Virus record (IMG/VR): IMGVR_UViG_3300017752_004703
Location: 1 to 60,927 of that record
Direction: 5' to 3' (one strand)
From: a virus
Taxonomy: Duplodnaviria > Caudoviricetes
DNA length: 60,927 nt
Shown one piece after another: positions 10,101 to 19,860 of the stretch. The notes under the pieces were generated by a model that saw only the letters and a list, made by a program, of their open reading frames with translations, ran no database searches and had not been told where the DNA came from. Both the position numbers and the translations under genes were made by a program. Each line of letters starts with the position of its first letter. Position 1 is the first letter of the stretch.

Positions 10101-10124
10101 ACCGTATAGTATATACTTTACGGT
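10101..10124. repeat. Near-perfect 24-bp palindrome in the divergent intergenic region
   Basis: ACCGTA-T-AGTATATACT-T-TACGGT, flanked by further short inverted repeats. Confidence 0.7.
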
Positions 10125-10330
10125 TAGTAAGATATACTAATCGTAAAGTATTTTAAATATCGAGAAGAAATCGACTAACAATAGTCTTCGATTAAGATCG
10201 TAACCAATAACTCTTTCGGAAGTGTTGTTGAATACGTTTTATTATACAAACTCGTTCTAATTTTTTCTACTTTTTTTTTCACTTTCTTAAAACTGAAATT
10301 TCAAATTAAAAAAATAAGTATATTTTCTAG

Positions 10331-10362
10331 TTGACTCATACCAATTTCTAGGTAAAGTGTAA
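10331..10362 (+). promoter_or_regulatory. Putative promoter(s) for the RNR operon
   Basis: TTGACT-N16-TAAAGT overlapping a GTGTAA motif at 10357. Confidence 0.45.
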
Positions 10363-10442
10363 ATTACCACAGCGGGGACAAAAGGGGTTAAAACCAAAAA
10401 CCGACGTATCAATAAAAACAATAAAAACAAAGAAAAACAAAG

Positions 10443-11420
10443 ATGAGCATATTCGAAGAACAGATATCAAGAAAACCAAATAATTACCCGTGGGCAGAAG
10501 AATTTATCGAGGTGATGCATAATGGTTTTTGGACTGATAAAGAATTTAGTTTTTCTTCGGATGTTCAAGATTTCCATATTACTATGGATGATCAACAGCG
10601 AGAGATCGTAATAAGAACTCTTTCAGCTATTGGTCAGATAGAAGTAGCTGTTAAAAAGTTCTGGGCAAAGCTCGGTGATAACTTACCGCACCCTTCCCTT
10701 ACTGACCTTGGTTATGTAATGGCTAATACAGAGGTTATTCACAACAATGCTTATGAAAGACTACTTAAGGTTCTTGGTTTAGAGGACGTATTTGAAGAAA
10801 ATTTAAAGCTCGACTTTATTGAGGGTAGGGTTAACTATTTACGTAAATACAATCATAGATATTACAAAGACAGCAAGAAGCAGTATGTATATTCACTTAT
10901 ATTGTTTACTCTTTTTGTGGAGAATGTATCACTAATGAGTCAATTCTACGTTATTAATTGGTTTTCCAGAAATAAAAACGTACTTAAGGACACGGAGCAA
11001 CAAGTAAGATATACAAGAAATGAAGAAAACATCCATGCTCAAGTAGGAATTAAAATCATAAACACAATAAGAGAAGAACATCCAGATCTTTTTGATGCTG
11101 AACTAGAGGAAAGAATTCTTCAGGAAGCCGAGCAAGCTTATATTGCAGAGGCTAAAATTATTGATTGGATGGTTAATGGTATTAACGAGAAAGGTTTGAG
11201 TGCTCCTGTCCTCAAAGAATTTATTAAAGGTAGAATAAACGAATCCTTAGAACAAATTTCATTTAAAAAGGCTTTTGATGTTGACAATGATCTAATTAAA
11301 GATACAATGTGGTTTGAAGAGGAGTTGATGGGGAACAACTCTACAGATTTCTTCCATTCTCGCCCCGTAGAGTATTCAAAAAAATCACAAACATTTGACC
11401 TAGATAGCGTATTTGCATGA
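10443..11420 (+). CDS. nrdB: Ribonucleotide reductase beta subunit, class Id-like
   Basis: Ferritin-like ligand set E67, E97, H100, E160, E195, H198, plus K71 and Y104. Confidence 0.93.
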   Translation: MSIFEEQISRKPNNYPWAEEFIEVMHNGFWTDKEFSFSSDVQDFHITMDDQQREIVIRTLSAIGQIEVAVKKFWAKLGDNLPHPSLTDLGYVMANTEVIHNNAYERLLKVLGLEDVFEENLKLDFIEGRVNYLRKYNHRYYKDSKKQYVYSLILFTLFVENVSLMSQFYVINWFSRNKNVLKDTEQQVRYTRNEENIHAQVGIKIINTIREEHPDLFDAELEERILQEAEQAYIAEAKIIDWMVNGINEKGLSAPVLKEFIKGRINESLEQISFKKAFDVDNDLIKDTMWFEEELMGNNSTDFFHSRPVEYSKKSQTFDLDSVFA

Positions 11421-13087
11421 AAAAATATTATTGGAACAACGAAACTTCGCAACAGATTTTAAACAGAGGGTACCTTGATGGCGAAAGCCTGATAGGTAGG
11501 GTATTGAGTGTCGGAGAATCTTTTCAGAAAGACTTCGTATCTCGCGCTCCCGCAGAGCATAAAGGCAAATTCTCTGATCTTTGTGAGAAGTTTGAGCATT
11601 ATATGTCTCTTGGTTTTTACTCCTTGTCTAGCCCTGTTTGGGCTAACTATGGCAGAGAAAGAGGATTACCTGTTTCTTGTAATGGAGTTTTTGTTCCAGA
11701 CACAATGGAGGGCATCCTAACTAAGCAGTCAGAAGTAGGAATGCAAACCAAACATGGTGCAGGTACATCTGGTTATTTTGGTGAGCTAAGAGGAAGAGGC
11801 GACAGCATTAGCACTGGAGGCAGCTCTTCTGGGTCTGTTCACTTCATGGAACTCTTTGACAAGGTAACATCTGTTGTCTCACAAAGCAGTGTCCGCAGAG
11901 GTTCTTTTGCTGCTTATCTTCCTGTTGATCATCCAGATATCGAAGAATTTCTTCGCATTAGGTCTGACGGTCACCCTATTCAAGACTTGTCATTTGCTGT
12001 AACAATTACAGACGATTGGATGGAGGGCATGAAGAATGGGGATATTGACAAGCGTAAGATTTGGGCAAAGATTGTTCAGAAGAAATTCGAGTCTGGTTAT
12101 CCTTATCTATTCTTCCAAGACACAGCTAATAAGAATGCTCCTCAAGTATATAAGGACAAGAACATGAAAATTTATGCTTCTAACTTATGTAATGAAATTT
12201 CTTTGCCTTCTTCACCAGCTGAGTCTTTTGTTTGTTGCTTATCTTCTTTAAATCTTGAGAGATGGGACGAGATTGTCGAGACAGACGCTATTGAGACAAT
12301 GGTTTACTTCCTCGATTCTGTTATGGAAGAATATATTGAGAAGACAGAAGACATTCCTTATATGGAATTCGATCATAATTTTGCAAAGCGTCACAGAGCT
12401 TTAGGTATGGGCGTTCTTGGTTGGCATTCATATCTACAGGACAAAATGATTTCTTTTGAAAGCATGGAAGCGAAGCTAAAAAATGCAGAAATATTTAAAA
12501 CAATTAGAGAAAGAGCCGATAAAGCTACAGAAGAATTAGCTAGTGTATTTGGTGAGCCAGAGGTTCTTAAAGGTTATGGTCGCAGAAACACAACCACAAT
12601 GGCTGTTGCACCTACAACTACAAGCTCTTTGATTCTTGGTCAAGTTTCTCAGGGCATTGAACCAACAGTTAATTATTATACAAAGAATTCAGCAAAAGGT
12701 AAATTTACTATTAGAAGCCCACATCTAGAAAGACTTCTTGAATCTAAAGGTAAAAATACAGAATCAGTATGGAAATCCATTCTAATTAAAGACGGCTCTG
12801 TTCAACACTTAGACTTTTTAAACGAACATGAAAAAAATGTATTTAAAACATTCTCAGAGGTTTCTCAAAAAGAAATTGTAATCCAAGCATCTCAAAGGCA
12901 AAGGTATATCGATCAAGGTCAATCTTTAAACCTTATGGTTCACCCAAAAGCTTCCCCTAAGGAGGTTAGTGAACTTATGATACTAGGGTGGGAAATGGGT
13001 CTTAAAGGATTTTACTATCAAAGAAGCACAAATCCAAGCCAAGCTCTAGCTCAATCTATTATGGAATGTACATCTTGTGAAGGTTAA
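11417..13087 (+). CDS. nrdA: Ribonucleotide reductase alpha subunit (short, no ATP-cone)
   Basis: PVSCN, SNLCNEI, APTTTSS, YYQR and C-terminal CTSCEG motifs. Confidence 0.95.
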   Translation: MKKYYWNNETSQQILNRGYLDGESLIGRVLSVGESFQKDFVSRAPAEHKGKFSDLCEKFEHYMSLGFYSLSSPVWANYGRERGLPVSCNGVFVPDTMEGILTKQSEVGMQTKHGAGTSGYFGELRGRGDSISTGGSSSGSVHFMELFDKVTSVVSQSSVRRGSFAAYLPVDHPDIEEFLRIRSDGHPIQDLSFAVTITDDWMEGMKNGDIDKRKIWAKIVQKKFESGYPYLFFQDTANKNAPQVYKDKNMKIYASNLCNEISLPSSPAESFVCCLSSLNLERWDEIVETDAIETMVYFLDSVMEEYIEKTEDIPYMEFDHNFAKRHRALGMGVLGWHSYLQDKMISFESMEAKLKNAEIFKTIRERADKATEELASVFGEPEVLKGYGRRNTTTMAVAPTTTSSLILGQVSQGIEPTVNYYTKNSAKGKFTIRSPHLERLLESKGKNTESVWKSILIKDGSVQHLDFLNEHEKNVFKTFSEVSQKEIVIQASQRQRYIDQGQSLNLMVHPKASPKEVSELMILGWEMGLKGFYYQRSTNPSQALAQSIMECTSCEG

Positions 13088-13110
13088 AATTTCATTTTTT
13101 TAAAATTTTA

Positions 13111-13116
13111 GTGTAA
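13111..13116 (+). promoter_or_regulatory. GTGTA motif (putative phage-specific promoter)
   Basis: GTGTAA starts 18 nt before the ATG at 13129. The same motif precedes starts at 7007(-), 46695(-), 48312 and 56609. Confidence 0.5.
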
Positions 13117-13128
13117 TCAATTAACATA

Positions 13129-14097
13129 ATGGAATACGATTTTTCAGACCAAGCAAAACAGTTTTTAGAGAGCCAGTCAGCAAAAAGATCTGGACCTAAA
13201 AGTTCTTCTCAGACTCCGTCTAAAAAAGACGAGAAAAAAGAAGGATCTAGTAAAAATAAAAAAGGCAGTGCAGGTAAGGACGGTGAAAAAATAACATTTT
13301 CAGACAAAGTCATATCAGCTTTAAGCACTAAGGTCAAAGAGCATAACGAAAAACATTCCAAAAAAGTAACACTAGCCCAGCTAAAGAAAGTATATAGAAG
13401 AGGCGCTGGCGCTTTTAGTTCTAGCCACAGACCAGGAATGACCAGAGGTCAATGGGCAATGGCTAGAGTAAATATGTTTCTTAAAATGACAAGGGGTGGT
13501 AAGGTTAAGAAGTCTTACAAAGCTGCAGACAAGGATGTATCTAAAGGGTCTGAAGATTACTACATTGAAAAAGAAGGAGAGGCTTTCTTCGATTTTGAAG
13601 ATATTGATTTTGACTTGGCTAAAATTGATTTAATAAAAGCTGGCGTTGAAGTATGGGATCAAGATCAGGAAGCAGAAGAACTTGAGTATTCAGAGGCTGA
13701 GAAAAAGACCCTGAACAAACCTTTCAGACTAAAAGGTGAGAAAAAGAAATTTGGTGTTTATGTAAAAAGCCCTAAAACAGGCAATGTTATTGTTGTTAAA
13801 TTTGGAGATCCAAACATGGAAATCAAAAGAGATGACCCTGATCGTCGCCGTAGCTTTAGAGCTAGACACAAGTGCGATACAGCAAAAGACAAAACATCGC
13901 CTCGTTATTGGTCTTGCAAGATGTGGAACAAGAAGCCTGTGAATAAATCTGTTTCTTCAGAAGCTCTTGAGTGGGACGAAGAAGAAGTCTTGAGTGAGTG
14001 GGGTTGGGACGAATCATTAATCATTGAAGACGAAAACTATTTCGAAGGTTATGACCACCTAAAAGATTGCGAGGTAGTTGAAAAAGAGGGTATTTAA
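13129..14097 (+). CDS. Hypothetical protein with two basic viral modules and acidic spacers
   Basis: KKVYRRGAGAFSSSHRPG..QWAMARVN and VKFGDPNM..RRRSFRARHKC..RYWSCKMW modules. Confidence 0.7.
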   Translation: MEYDFSDQAKQFLESQSAKRSGPKSSSQTPSKKDEKKEGSSKNKKGSAGKDGEKITFSDKVISALSTKVKEHNEKHSKKVTLAQLKKVYRRGAGAFSSSHRPGMTRGQWAMARVNMFLKMTRGGKVKKSYKAADKDVSKGSEDYYIEKEGEAFFDFEDIDFDLAKIDLIKAGVEVWDQDQEAEELEYSEAEKKTLNKPFRLKGEKKKFGVYVKSPKTGNVIVVKFGDPNMEIKRDDPDRRRSFRARHKCDTAKDKTSPRYWSCKMWNKKPVNKSVSSEALEWDEEEVLSEWGWDESLIIEDENYFEGYDHLKDCEVVEKEGI

Positions 14098-14110
14098 TTT
14101 ATGATCCTTT

Positions 14111-14869
14111 ATGGATCTAAAACCTAAAGTATCATTCTGCATTATTTCTAATGGTGGTAGACCAGAAGAAACAAGCCTCTGCATAAAGTCTATACACGCC
14201 AACTTTAATGTAAAAGAAAATTACGAAATAGTAATAGTTGGAGACAATATAGATCAGTTTAAAGATCTAGGTGTCAAGCTCATAGAAGACAACGAGTATA
14301 ACAAGTTTCTTGGTGCAAGAAAAAACATAGGCACAAAAAATACAAGTGCAGATATTATTGTCCATTGTGATGATGATATTATTTTTCCCAATGATTGGCT
14401 GTTTAAGCTAGAGGAATACAATAGTAAAAATCCAGATTGGAAAGTTCTTGGTACTAAAATATTTTTACCAGATGGAGGTCGGTACTATGATAGAGCTATT
14501 TACCTGCCTAGACATAAGATGGTTTCTTATGATTTTGATGAAACATTAGATCCTCATACATTGCTTTATCAGTGTGGAGCTTTCTCTGTGTGCAAAAGAT
14601 CCTTGCTAGATGAAGTAGAATGGAGTAACGAAATACCTTTTTATGGTAAACTTAACGGCTTTGATTATAATGAGGATATTGATTTTTCTGTTAAGCTAAA
14701 AGATGCTGATATAAGAATAAGTTTTGATAAAAACAATACTGTTTGGCATTATGATCACAGTTATTTTTTTAAAAATGATTTTGCTTATAAAAAAGATCCT
14801 CAAAACATAAGTGATCACAAGTGTCTCGAATTTTTAATGTTAATTAATTCTTTAAAAAATGGCCAATAA
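14111..14869 (+). CDS. GT-A glycosyltransferase (GT2-like)
   Basis: VSFCII, EIVIVGD, ARKNIG, HCDDD (DxD) and NEDIDFS motifs. Confidence 0.85.
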   Translation: MDLKPKVSFCIISNGGRPEETSLCIKSIHANFNVKENYEIVIVGDNIDQFKDLGVKLIEDNEYNKFLGARKNIGTKNTSADIIVHCDDDIIFPNDWLFKLEEYNSKNPDWKVLGTKIFLPDGGRYYDRAIYLPRHKMVSYDFDETLDPHTLLYQCGAFSVCKRSLLDEVEWSNEIPFYGKLNGFDYNEDIDFSVKLKDADIRISFDKNNTVWHYDHSYFFKNDFAYKKDPQNISDHKCLEFLMLINSLKNGQ

Positions 14870-15491
14870 AAAATTAATATTTGGGTTAGGGACAGGCAGG
14901 TGTGGGACTCACTCTTTAGCTGATTTGTTAAATACACAAAAGAACTTTGAGATTACTCATGAACTGGGCGATAATCCTGTTTTAAATTGGGAATTCAATG
15001 ATGAGTGTCTTGAGTTTTACTTAGATAAAATTATGAATAGAGAATGCGACTATGTTGGTGATGTAGCATTCTATCTACTGCCTTACGTTGAATCTATTAT
15101 TAATAAGTTTCCAGACGCAAAATTTGTATGTCTAAAAAGAGACAAGCAAGAAACCGCTTTTTCCTACGAAAAAAAAACTTTAGGGCGGAATCATTGGCAG
15201 TCTCATAACGCACAGCTTTACCGTTTGTGCCCTTGGGATAAATGTTATCCTAAGTATGACTTGAAAATTAAAAAAATAGAAGCAATAAACTTGTATTATG
15301 ATGATTATTACTCTTTAGTTGATTCTTTGCTTAAAAAATATCCGCTTAATGTGTGTTTGCATCCTATGGATAGCCTTAATCACGAAGAAAAAGTCAGATC
15401 TATTCTTGAATTTGTAGGAGTTCAAGAAAAAAATGCTTTAATAAAATCTAGAGTAAAGATAAAAGCAAGAAACAACTCATTCGAAATATGA
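14859..15491 (+). CDS. Sulfotransferase-like protein
   Basis: FGLGTGRCGTHSL 5'-phosphosulfate-binding loop and AKFVCLKRD..TAFS 3'-phosphate-binding-like motif. Confidence 0.75.
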   Translation: MANKKLIFGLGTGRCGTHSLADLLNTQKNFEITHELGDNPVLNWEFNDECLEFYLDKIMNRECDYVGDVAFYLLPYVESIINKFPDAKFVCLKRDKQETAFSYEKKTLGRNHWQSHNAQLYRLCPWDKCYPKYDLKIKKIEAINLYYDDYYSLVDSLLKKYPLNVCLHPMDSLNHEEKVRSILEFVGVQEKNALIKSRVKIKARNNSFEI

Positions 15492-16150
15492 TACCCAAAA
15501 CAATACATCAGACACACCGTGATGAGAATTTAGATTTTGTAATTGGATCTCAAAAATCTATAAAAGATACAAACCCTGACTGGGATTATAAATTTTGGTC
15601 AGATTCTATTGGTAAAGAATTAGTTTTTGATGTGTTTCCTGAGTTTTCTAAAACCTGGGATTTAATTCCTAATAAAAACATCATTAAGTGGAACTTACTT
15701 AGATTTATGATAATATATTCTGAAGGGGGTTTATATGTTGATAGCGATACTGTTTTCAAAAAGAATATTGACAAAATTATAGATTTGGAATACGATTTCG
15801 TAGGAATTAAAAAACATAAAATTAATAATTGGGTCAAAGATCACTTCTTCGCAGCCAACAAACACTCTGAATTTCTATATAGTTGTATAAAAAAAATAAT
15901 TAACAACATAAAATCGAACAAAACTTTAAATATTTCAGTTCATGATATTTGTGGAGGTCATTTTTTAGATAGAGAATTGACAATATATTCTAAAAATAAC
16001 AACTTAAAATATAAATTATTAAAACCAGAGTTTGTAAGCAATTTAAATTTAGAACACGAAGGTTACATAGACAACAAAGAAGAAAATAAAAGATTCAATT
16101 GGGATAACGTATATGTTGTTCACTTGCTCGACGGATCATGGCTAAAATAA
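15488..16150 (+). CDS. DXD glycosyltransferase (GT32/OCH1-like)
   Basis: IPKTIHQT, NPDWDYKFWSD, LRFMIIYSEGGLYVDSD and C-terminal HLLDGSW. Confidence 0.88.
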   Translation: MIPKTIHQTHRDENLDFVIGSQKSIKDTNPDWDYKFWSDSIGKELVFDVFPEFSKTWDLIPNKNIIKWNLLRFMIIYSEGGLYVDSDTVFKKNIDKIIDLEYDFVGIKKHKINNWVKDHFFAANKHSEFLYSCIKKIINNIKSNKTLNISVHDICGGHFLDRELTIYSKNNNLKYKLLKPEFVSNLNLEHEGYIDNKEENKRFNWDNVYVVHLLDGSWLK

Positions 16151-16154
16151 AATT

Positions 16155-16697
16155 ATGAACGATATATACTTAGAAAAACCTTTCCCAGCTGGGATAAACA
16201 ATACAAGGTGTTTAAATCAAGATGACGCTAAAAGTTTATTATTAGACGTTAAAGAAGTTTTCGATAAAAACGGAATGGAATTCTTCTTGGTTTTTGGAAC
16301 TTTACTTGGGGCTTATAGAGAAAATAATTTCATAAAACACGATACAGATATAGACATAGCTGTTATCGGTGATGGTGCCGAAGACGCAATCGACGAGCTA
16401 ATAAAGAACGGAGGTTTTTTGGATAAAAATATTAAGAGTTTTAAAAATAGAAATTTTTCTTTATTCAGGGATAATATCCTATTAGATATATATCCTTTTG
16501 TCGAAAACGAAGGGAGTTATAGATCTAAGCTTGGCTGGAAAAACAACTACAGGCTTTCTATGGATTATTTCCCGTTGGTAGACATAGAGTTTCTAGGTGA
16601 AAATTTTAAAACTGTTAACAATATCGAAAAATATTTAGAATCAAAATATGGAAAAGACTGGAGAATGCCAAAAAAGTTTGCACATGCACGAACATAA
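16155..16697 (+). CDS. LicD-family phosphotransferase (nucleotidyltransferase fold)
   Basis: FGTLLGAYRENNFIKHDTDIDI, LDIYPF and YLESKYGKDWRMP. Confidence 0.9.
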   Translation: MNDIYLEKPFPAGINNTRCLNQDDAKSLLLDVKEVFDKNGMEFFLVFGTLLGAYRENNFIKHDTDIDIAVIGDGAEDAIDELIKNGGFLDKNIKSFKNRNFSLFRDNILLDIYPFVENEGSYRSKLGWKNNYRLSMDYFPLVDIEFLGENFKTVNNIEKYLESKYGKDWRMPKKFAHART

Positions 16698-17232
16698 AAA
16701 AGAATACTGGGAAAATTACTATGCAAATTGCGACGCTCCTGATAAACCATCAAATTTTGCTGAATTTTGCAATGACTTAATCAAACCAAACTCTTCAGTT
16801 CTTGATGTCGGTTGTGGCAATTGTAGAGATTCTAACTTTTTAAATTTAAAAAGTTCAGTCATAGCTGTGGATTCCTTTTCAAATCAAAACTTTACCAATG
16901 AAGGTGTTTTTTTTATTAAGTCAAAAATACAGGACCTTCAAGATATAAAATGCGATTACATATATAGTCGATTTTTTATTCATGCTATTGAAGACAGTTC
17001 TGAAGACTTTTTTTTAAAATATATAAAAAGAAACTGCAAAAACTTTTTTATAGAAGCTAGGTCTGACAAAGACTCTTTCAATGGAGATCACTTTAGGAGG
17101 TTTGTAAACAAGGATAAAATTAACGATAAGTTAAAATCCCTAGGTTTTAAATTTGATATAATCGAAGAGAAGGGCTTGGCAATTCATAAAAATGAAGATC
17201 CGACTGTAATAAGAATATTTGGAAAAGTATAA
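16684..17232 (+). CDS. Class I SAM-dependent methyltransferase
   Basis: VLDVGCGNCRDS and IYSRFFIHAI; the start is more likely the ATG at 16684 than 16648. Confidence 0.85.
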   Translation: MHEHKKEYWENYYANCDAPDKPSNFAEFCNDLIKPNSSVLDVGCGNCRDSNFLNLKSSVIAVDSFSNQNFTNEGVFFIKSKIQDLQDIKCDYIYSRFFIHAIEDSSEDFFLKYIKRNCKNFFIEARSDKDSFNGDHFRRFVNKDKINDKLKSLGFKFDIIEEKGLAIHKNEDPTVIRIFGKV

Positions 17233-17234
17233 AT

Positions 17235-18278
17235 ATGAAAAAAGTAATAATAACAGGAGTAACAGGTCAGGACGGAAGCCATATGGTGGATTATTTGTTG
17301 AAGCATACCGACATTGACATCATTGCTGGCGTACGTCGACTTAGCGTAAAGAATCACGAAAACATAAAACACCTGTCTGACAACCCAAGGTTTAAGCTAA
17401 TCGATCTTGATATTACAGACCAGTCAAATGTAGATCGTGTTATCTCAGAAGAAAAGCCTGACTACTTTATCAATTTTGCAGCCAACTCTTTTGTCGGCGT
17501 TAGTTGGGATATGCCAGAAAATCACATGAATACAAACTGTATGGCGGTGCTTTATCAGCTTGAGGCTATTCGTAAACACTGCCCAGATTGCAGATACTAT
17601 AATGCTGGCTCCTCAGAGGAGTTCGGGGACGTTGTAACGACCCCTCAAGACGAGACTCACCCACTAAGACCCAGAAGCCCCTACGGAGCTTCTAAGGCTT
17701 CTGCTAGGCATCTGGTAAAAGTGTGGCGTGAAAGTTATAATTTGTATGCTATTCAAGGCTGGTTGTTTAATCATGAAGGAACCAGAAGAGGCGAGGAATT
17801 CCTTACTCGTAAAGTGACTAAGGGTGTCGCTAAAATTGTAGAGCAGATTAGAGACGGTAAAACACCCACGCCGATTGAGCTTGGAAATTTAGAAGCAAAA
17901 AGAGATTGGTCAGATGCTGAAGATTTTGTGGATGGTATTTGGCTTATGCTTAATCAAGACGAACACTCATACGAACATTTGACAGAATATGTCTTAGCCT
18001 CTGGAGAGACACACACTATTCGTGAGTTTGTAGAGGCTGCGTTTGGCTTTGCGGGGTTCGGTGCAGAAGAGTGTCATTGGGACGGTCAAGGTGTTGACCA
18101 AAAATACATGCACGGAGATCAAGTATTAGTAACAATCAACCCAAAATACTATAGACCAGCTGAAGTTAGCTTATTGCTGGGAGACCCTAGTCTTGCAGAA
18201 AGGGAAATGGGTTGGGTAAGAAAAACTGACTTCTATGGTCTAGTAAAAAAGATGGTTGACAAAGATATTAATCTTTGA
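17235..18278 (+). CDS. gmd: GDP-mannose 4,6-dehydratase
   Basis: ITGVTGQDGS, AGSSEEFG, PRSPYGASK, LFNHEGTRRGEEFLTRK, GNLEAKRDW and YYRPAEV. Confidence 0.95.
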   Translation: MKKVIITGVTGQDGSHMVDYLLKHTDIDIIAGVRRLSVKNHENIKHLSDNPRFKLIDLDITDQSNVDRVISEEKPDYFINFAANSFVGVSWDMPENHMNTNCMAVLYQLEAIRKHCPDCRYYNAGSSEEFGDVVTTPQDETHPLRPRSPYGASKASARHLVKVWRESYNLYAIQGWLFNHEGTRRGEEFLTRKVTKGVAKIVEQIRDGKTPTPIELGNLEAKRDWSDAEDFVDGIWLMLNQDEHSYEHLTEYVLASGETHTIREFVEAAFGFAGFGAEECHWDGQGVDQKYMHGDQVLVTINPKYYRPAEVSLLLGDPSLAEREMGWVRKTDFYGLVKKMVDKDINL

Positions 18279-18284
18279 TACCAT
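18256..18284 (+). promoter_or_regulatory. Sigma70-like promoter (near-leaderless)
   Basis: TTGACA-N17-TACCAT, with the ATG at 18291 six nt downstream. Confidence 0.65.
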
Positions 18285-18290
18285 CCACGT

Positions 18291-18749
18291 ATGCCCAGAG
18301 GAAAGAAACAATGTCCCGAATGCTCTCTTGAGTTTGGGGCAAGAAAATCTGTGTGTGATTGCGGTTACATATTTTCTAAGGTGGTTAAAAAAACCACCAA
18401 AAGCAAACCAGAAAAGAAGATAAACAAGAGAGAAATACTTTTTCGCCTTGTGGATAAACCCAAGGAAAACAAAAGGTTTTTCTTCATGAGGGAAATGAAA
18501 TTTCTCAACGACCTTAGTAGTCGTTATTCTCTTGAGTTTCTCGGTGTTGTCACTTTTCCTAAAAAGTTTAAGTCTTTAGCTTACTTGGTGAGCCCTAAAC
18601 TGAAGGGCACTATGGATACAAAATGGAGAGCTTTTAATTACAGGGTTGACAAAAATAAATATCAAGAGTATAATATAGGAGAAAAAACAGGGAAGGACAT
18701 TTCTATTCCCAAAAAAATAAAAACAACAAAAGACTTTTTAAATGAGTGA
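18291..18749 (+). CDS. Hypothetical protein with N-terminal zinc ribbon
   Basis: CPEC...CDCGY motif; basic protein heading the replication operon. Confidence 0.65.
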   Translation: MPRGKKQCPECSLEFGARKSVCDCGYIFSKVVKKTTKSKPEKKINKREILFRLVDKPKENKRFFFMREMKFLNDLSSRYSLEFLGVVTFPKKFKSLAYLVSPKLKGTMDTKWRAFNYRVDKNKYQEYNIGEKTGKDISIPKKIKTTKDFLNE

Positions 18750-19860
18750 TACAAAAAATTCAAATAACCTACTGGAAAGCTTCCTAAAAGCAAACAAAGA
18801 AGACCATTACAACTTCGAAGAAGAAATTGATTACAAGATATCCAGCGGGTCGCTACAGTTCGACTTGCATCTTGGAGGAGGCTTCGGTCCTGGTCTGCAT
18901 AGATTCTGTGGCATGAATGAGGGAGGTAAAACATCAGAAGCTTTAGAGGTTACTAAAAACTTTCTACTTACATTACCTAACTCCAAAGGCGTTTACTTCA
19001 AAGCGGAAGGGCGTTTGTCTCCAGAAATGAAGAGAAGATCTGGTGTCAAGTTTGTTACCAAGACGGAAGACTGGGTCGAGGGTACTTGCTTTGTATTCGA
19101 ATCAAACATTTACGAGACAGTTGTAGATCTGATGAGACAGCTAGTGACAAACAATGACGACAAAACAAAGTATTGTTTTCTTCTGGATTCAGTGGATGGT
19201 CTTATTCTAAAAAACGATGTAGATAAATCTTTTGAGGATTCTTCAAAGGTTGCTGGCGGTGCTGTTGTGGCTGGTACGTTCATGAAAAAAATGTCAATTG
19301 CTCTAGCAAAAAGAGGGCACATGGCAATCTTCATCTCCCAAGTTAGGGCAGACATCAAGCTAGATCCTTATAGTAAAGCACCAATCAGACAAACAAGTGC
19401 TACAGGAGGCAATGCTCTTCTTCACTTCGCTAATTGGATTATTGAGTTTGAAGCAAGATACAATAAAGACATGATTCTTAAGAACCCATCTATTAAAAAA
19501 ATGGATGCTCAAAAGAATCCAGCGGTTGGACACTTTGCAAGTGTGACAATTAAAAAGTCTCCCAATGAAAAAACGAATACGAGATTGACATACCCTGTTC
19601 GTTACGGTAGAACAGATGGCACTTCTATCTGGATTGAGAAAGAGATTGTCGATTTGTTGTTTGCTTGGGAATTTTTAGTTAAAAAAGGTTCATGGATAAA
19701 AACTACAGAAGATTTCGTAGAGCTTCTATCAGAGAACAACCTTGAGTTTCCAGAAAAGATTCAAGGAGAAGCTAATGTATTTAAAGCTATTGAAGATAGC
19801 CGTGAGCTTTCTGAATTTCTTGTTGACTATTTCAAAAAAGCTATAGGTGAATTAACATGA
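18742..19860 (+). CDS. RecA/UvsX-like recombinase
   Basis: SSGSLQFDLHLGGG, Walker A GMNEGGKT, LLDSVDGL, FISQVR and TGGNALLHFA. Confidence 0.9.
   Translation: MSDTKNSNNLLESFLKANKEDHYNFEEEIDYKISSGSLQFDLHLGGGFGPGLHRFCGMNEGGKTSEALEVTKNFLLTLPNSKGVYFKAEGRLSPEMKRRSGVKFVTKTEDWVEGTCFVFESNIYETVVDLMRQLVTNNDDKTKYCFLLDSVDGLILKNDVDKSFEDSSKVAGGAVVAGTFMKKMSIALAKRGHMAIFISQVRADIKLDPYSKAPIRQTSATGGNALLHFANWIIEFEARYNKDMILKNPSIKKMDAQKNPAVGHFASVTIKKSPNEKTNTRLTYPVRYGRTDGTSIWIEKEIVDLLFAWEFLVKKGSWIKTTEDFVELLSENNLEFPEKIQGEANVFKAIEDSRELSEFLVDYFKKAIGELT

Noticed and set aside
10101-10124. Palindrome as an NrdR box or DnaA box
   Set aside because: It does not match the NrdR consensus or TTATCCACA and lies over 300 nt from nrdB.
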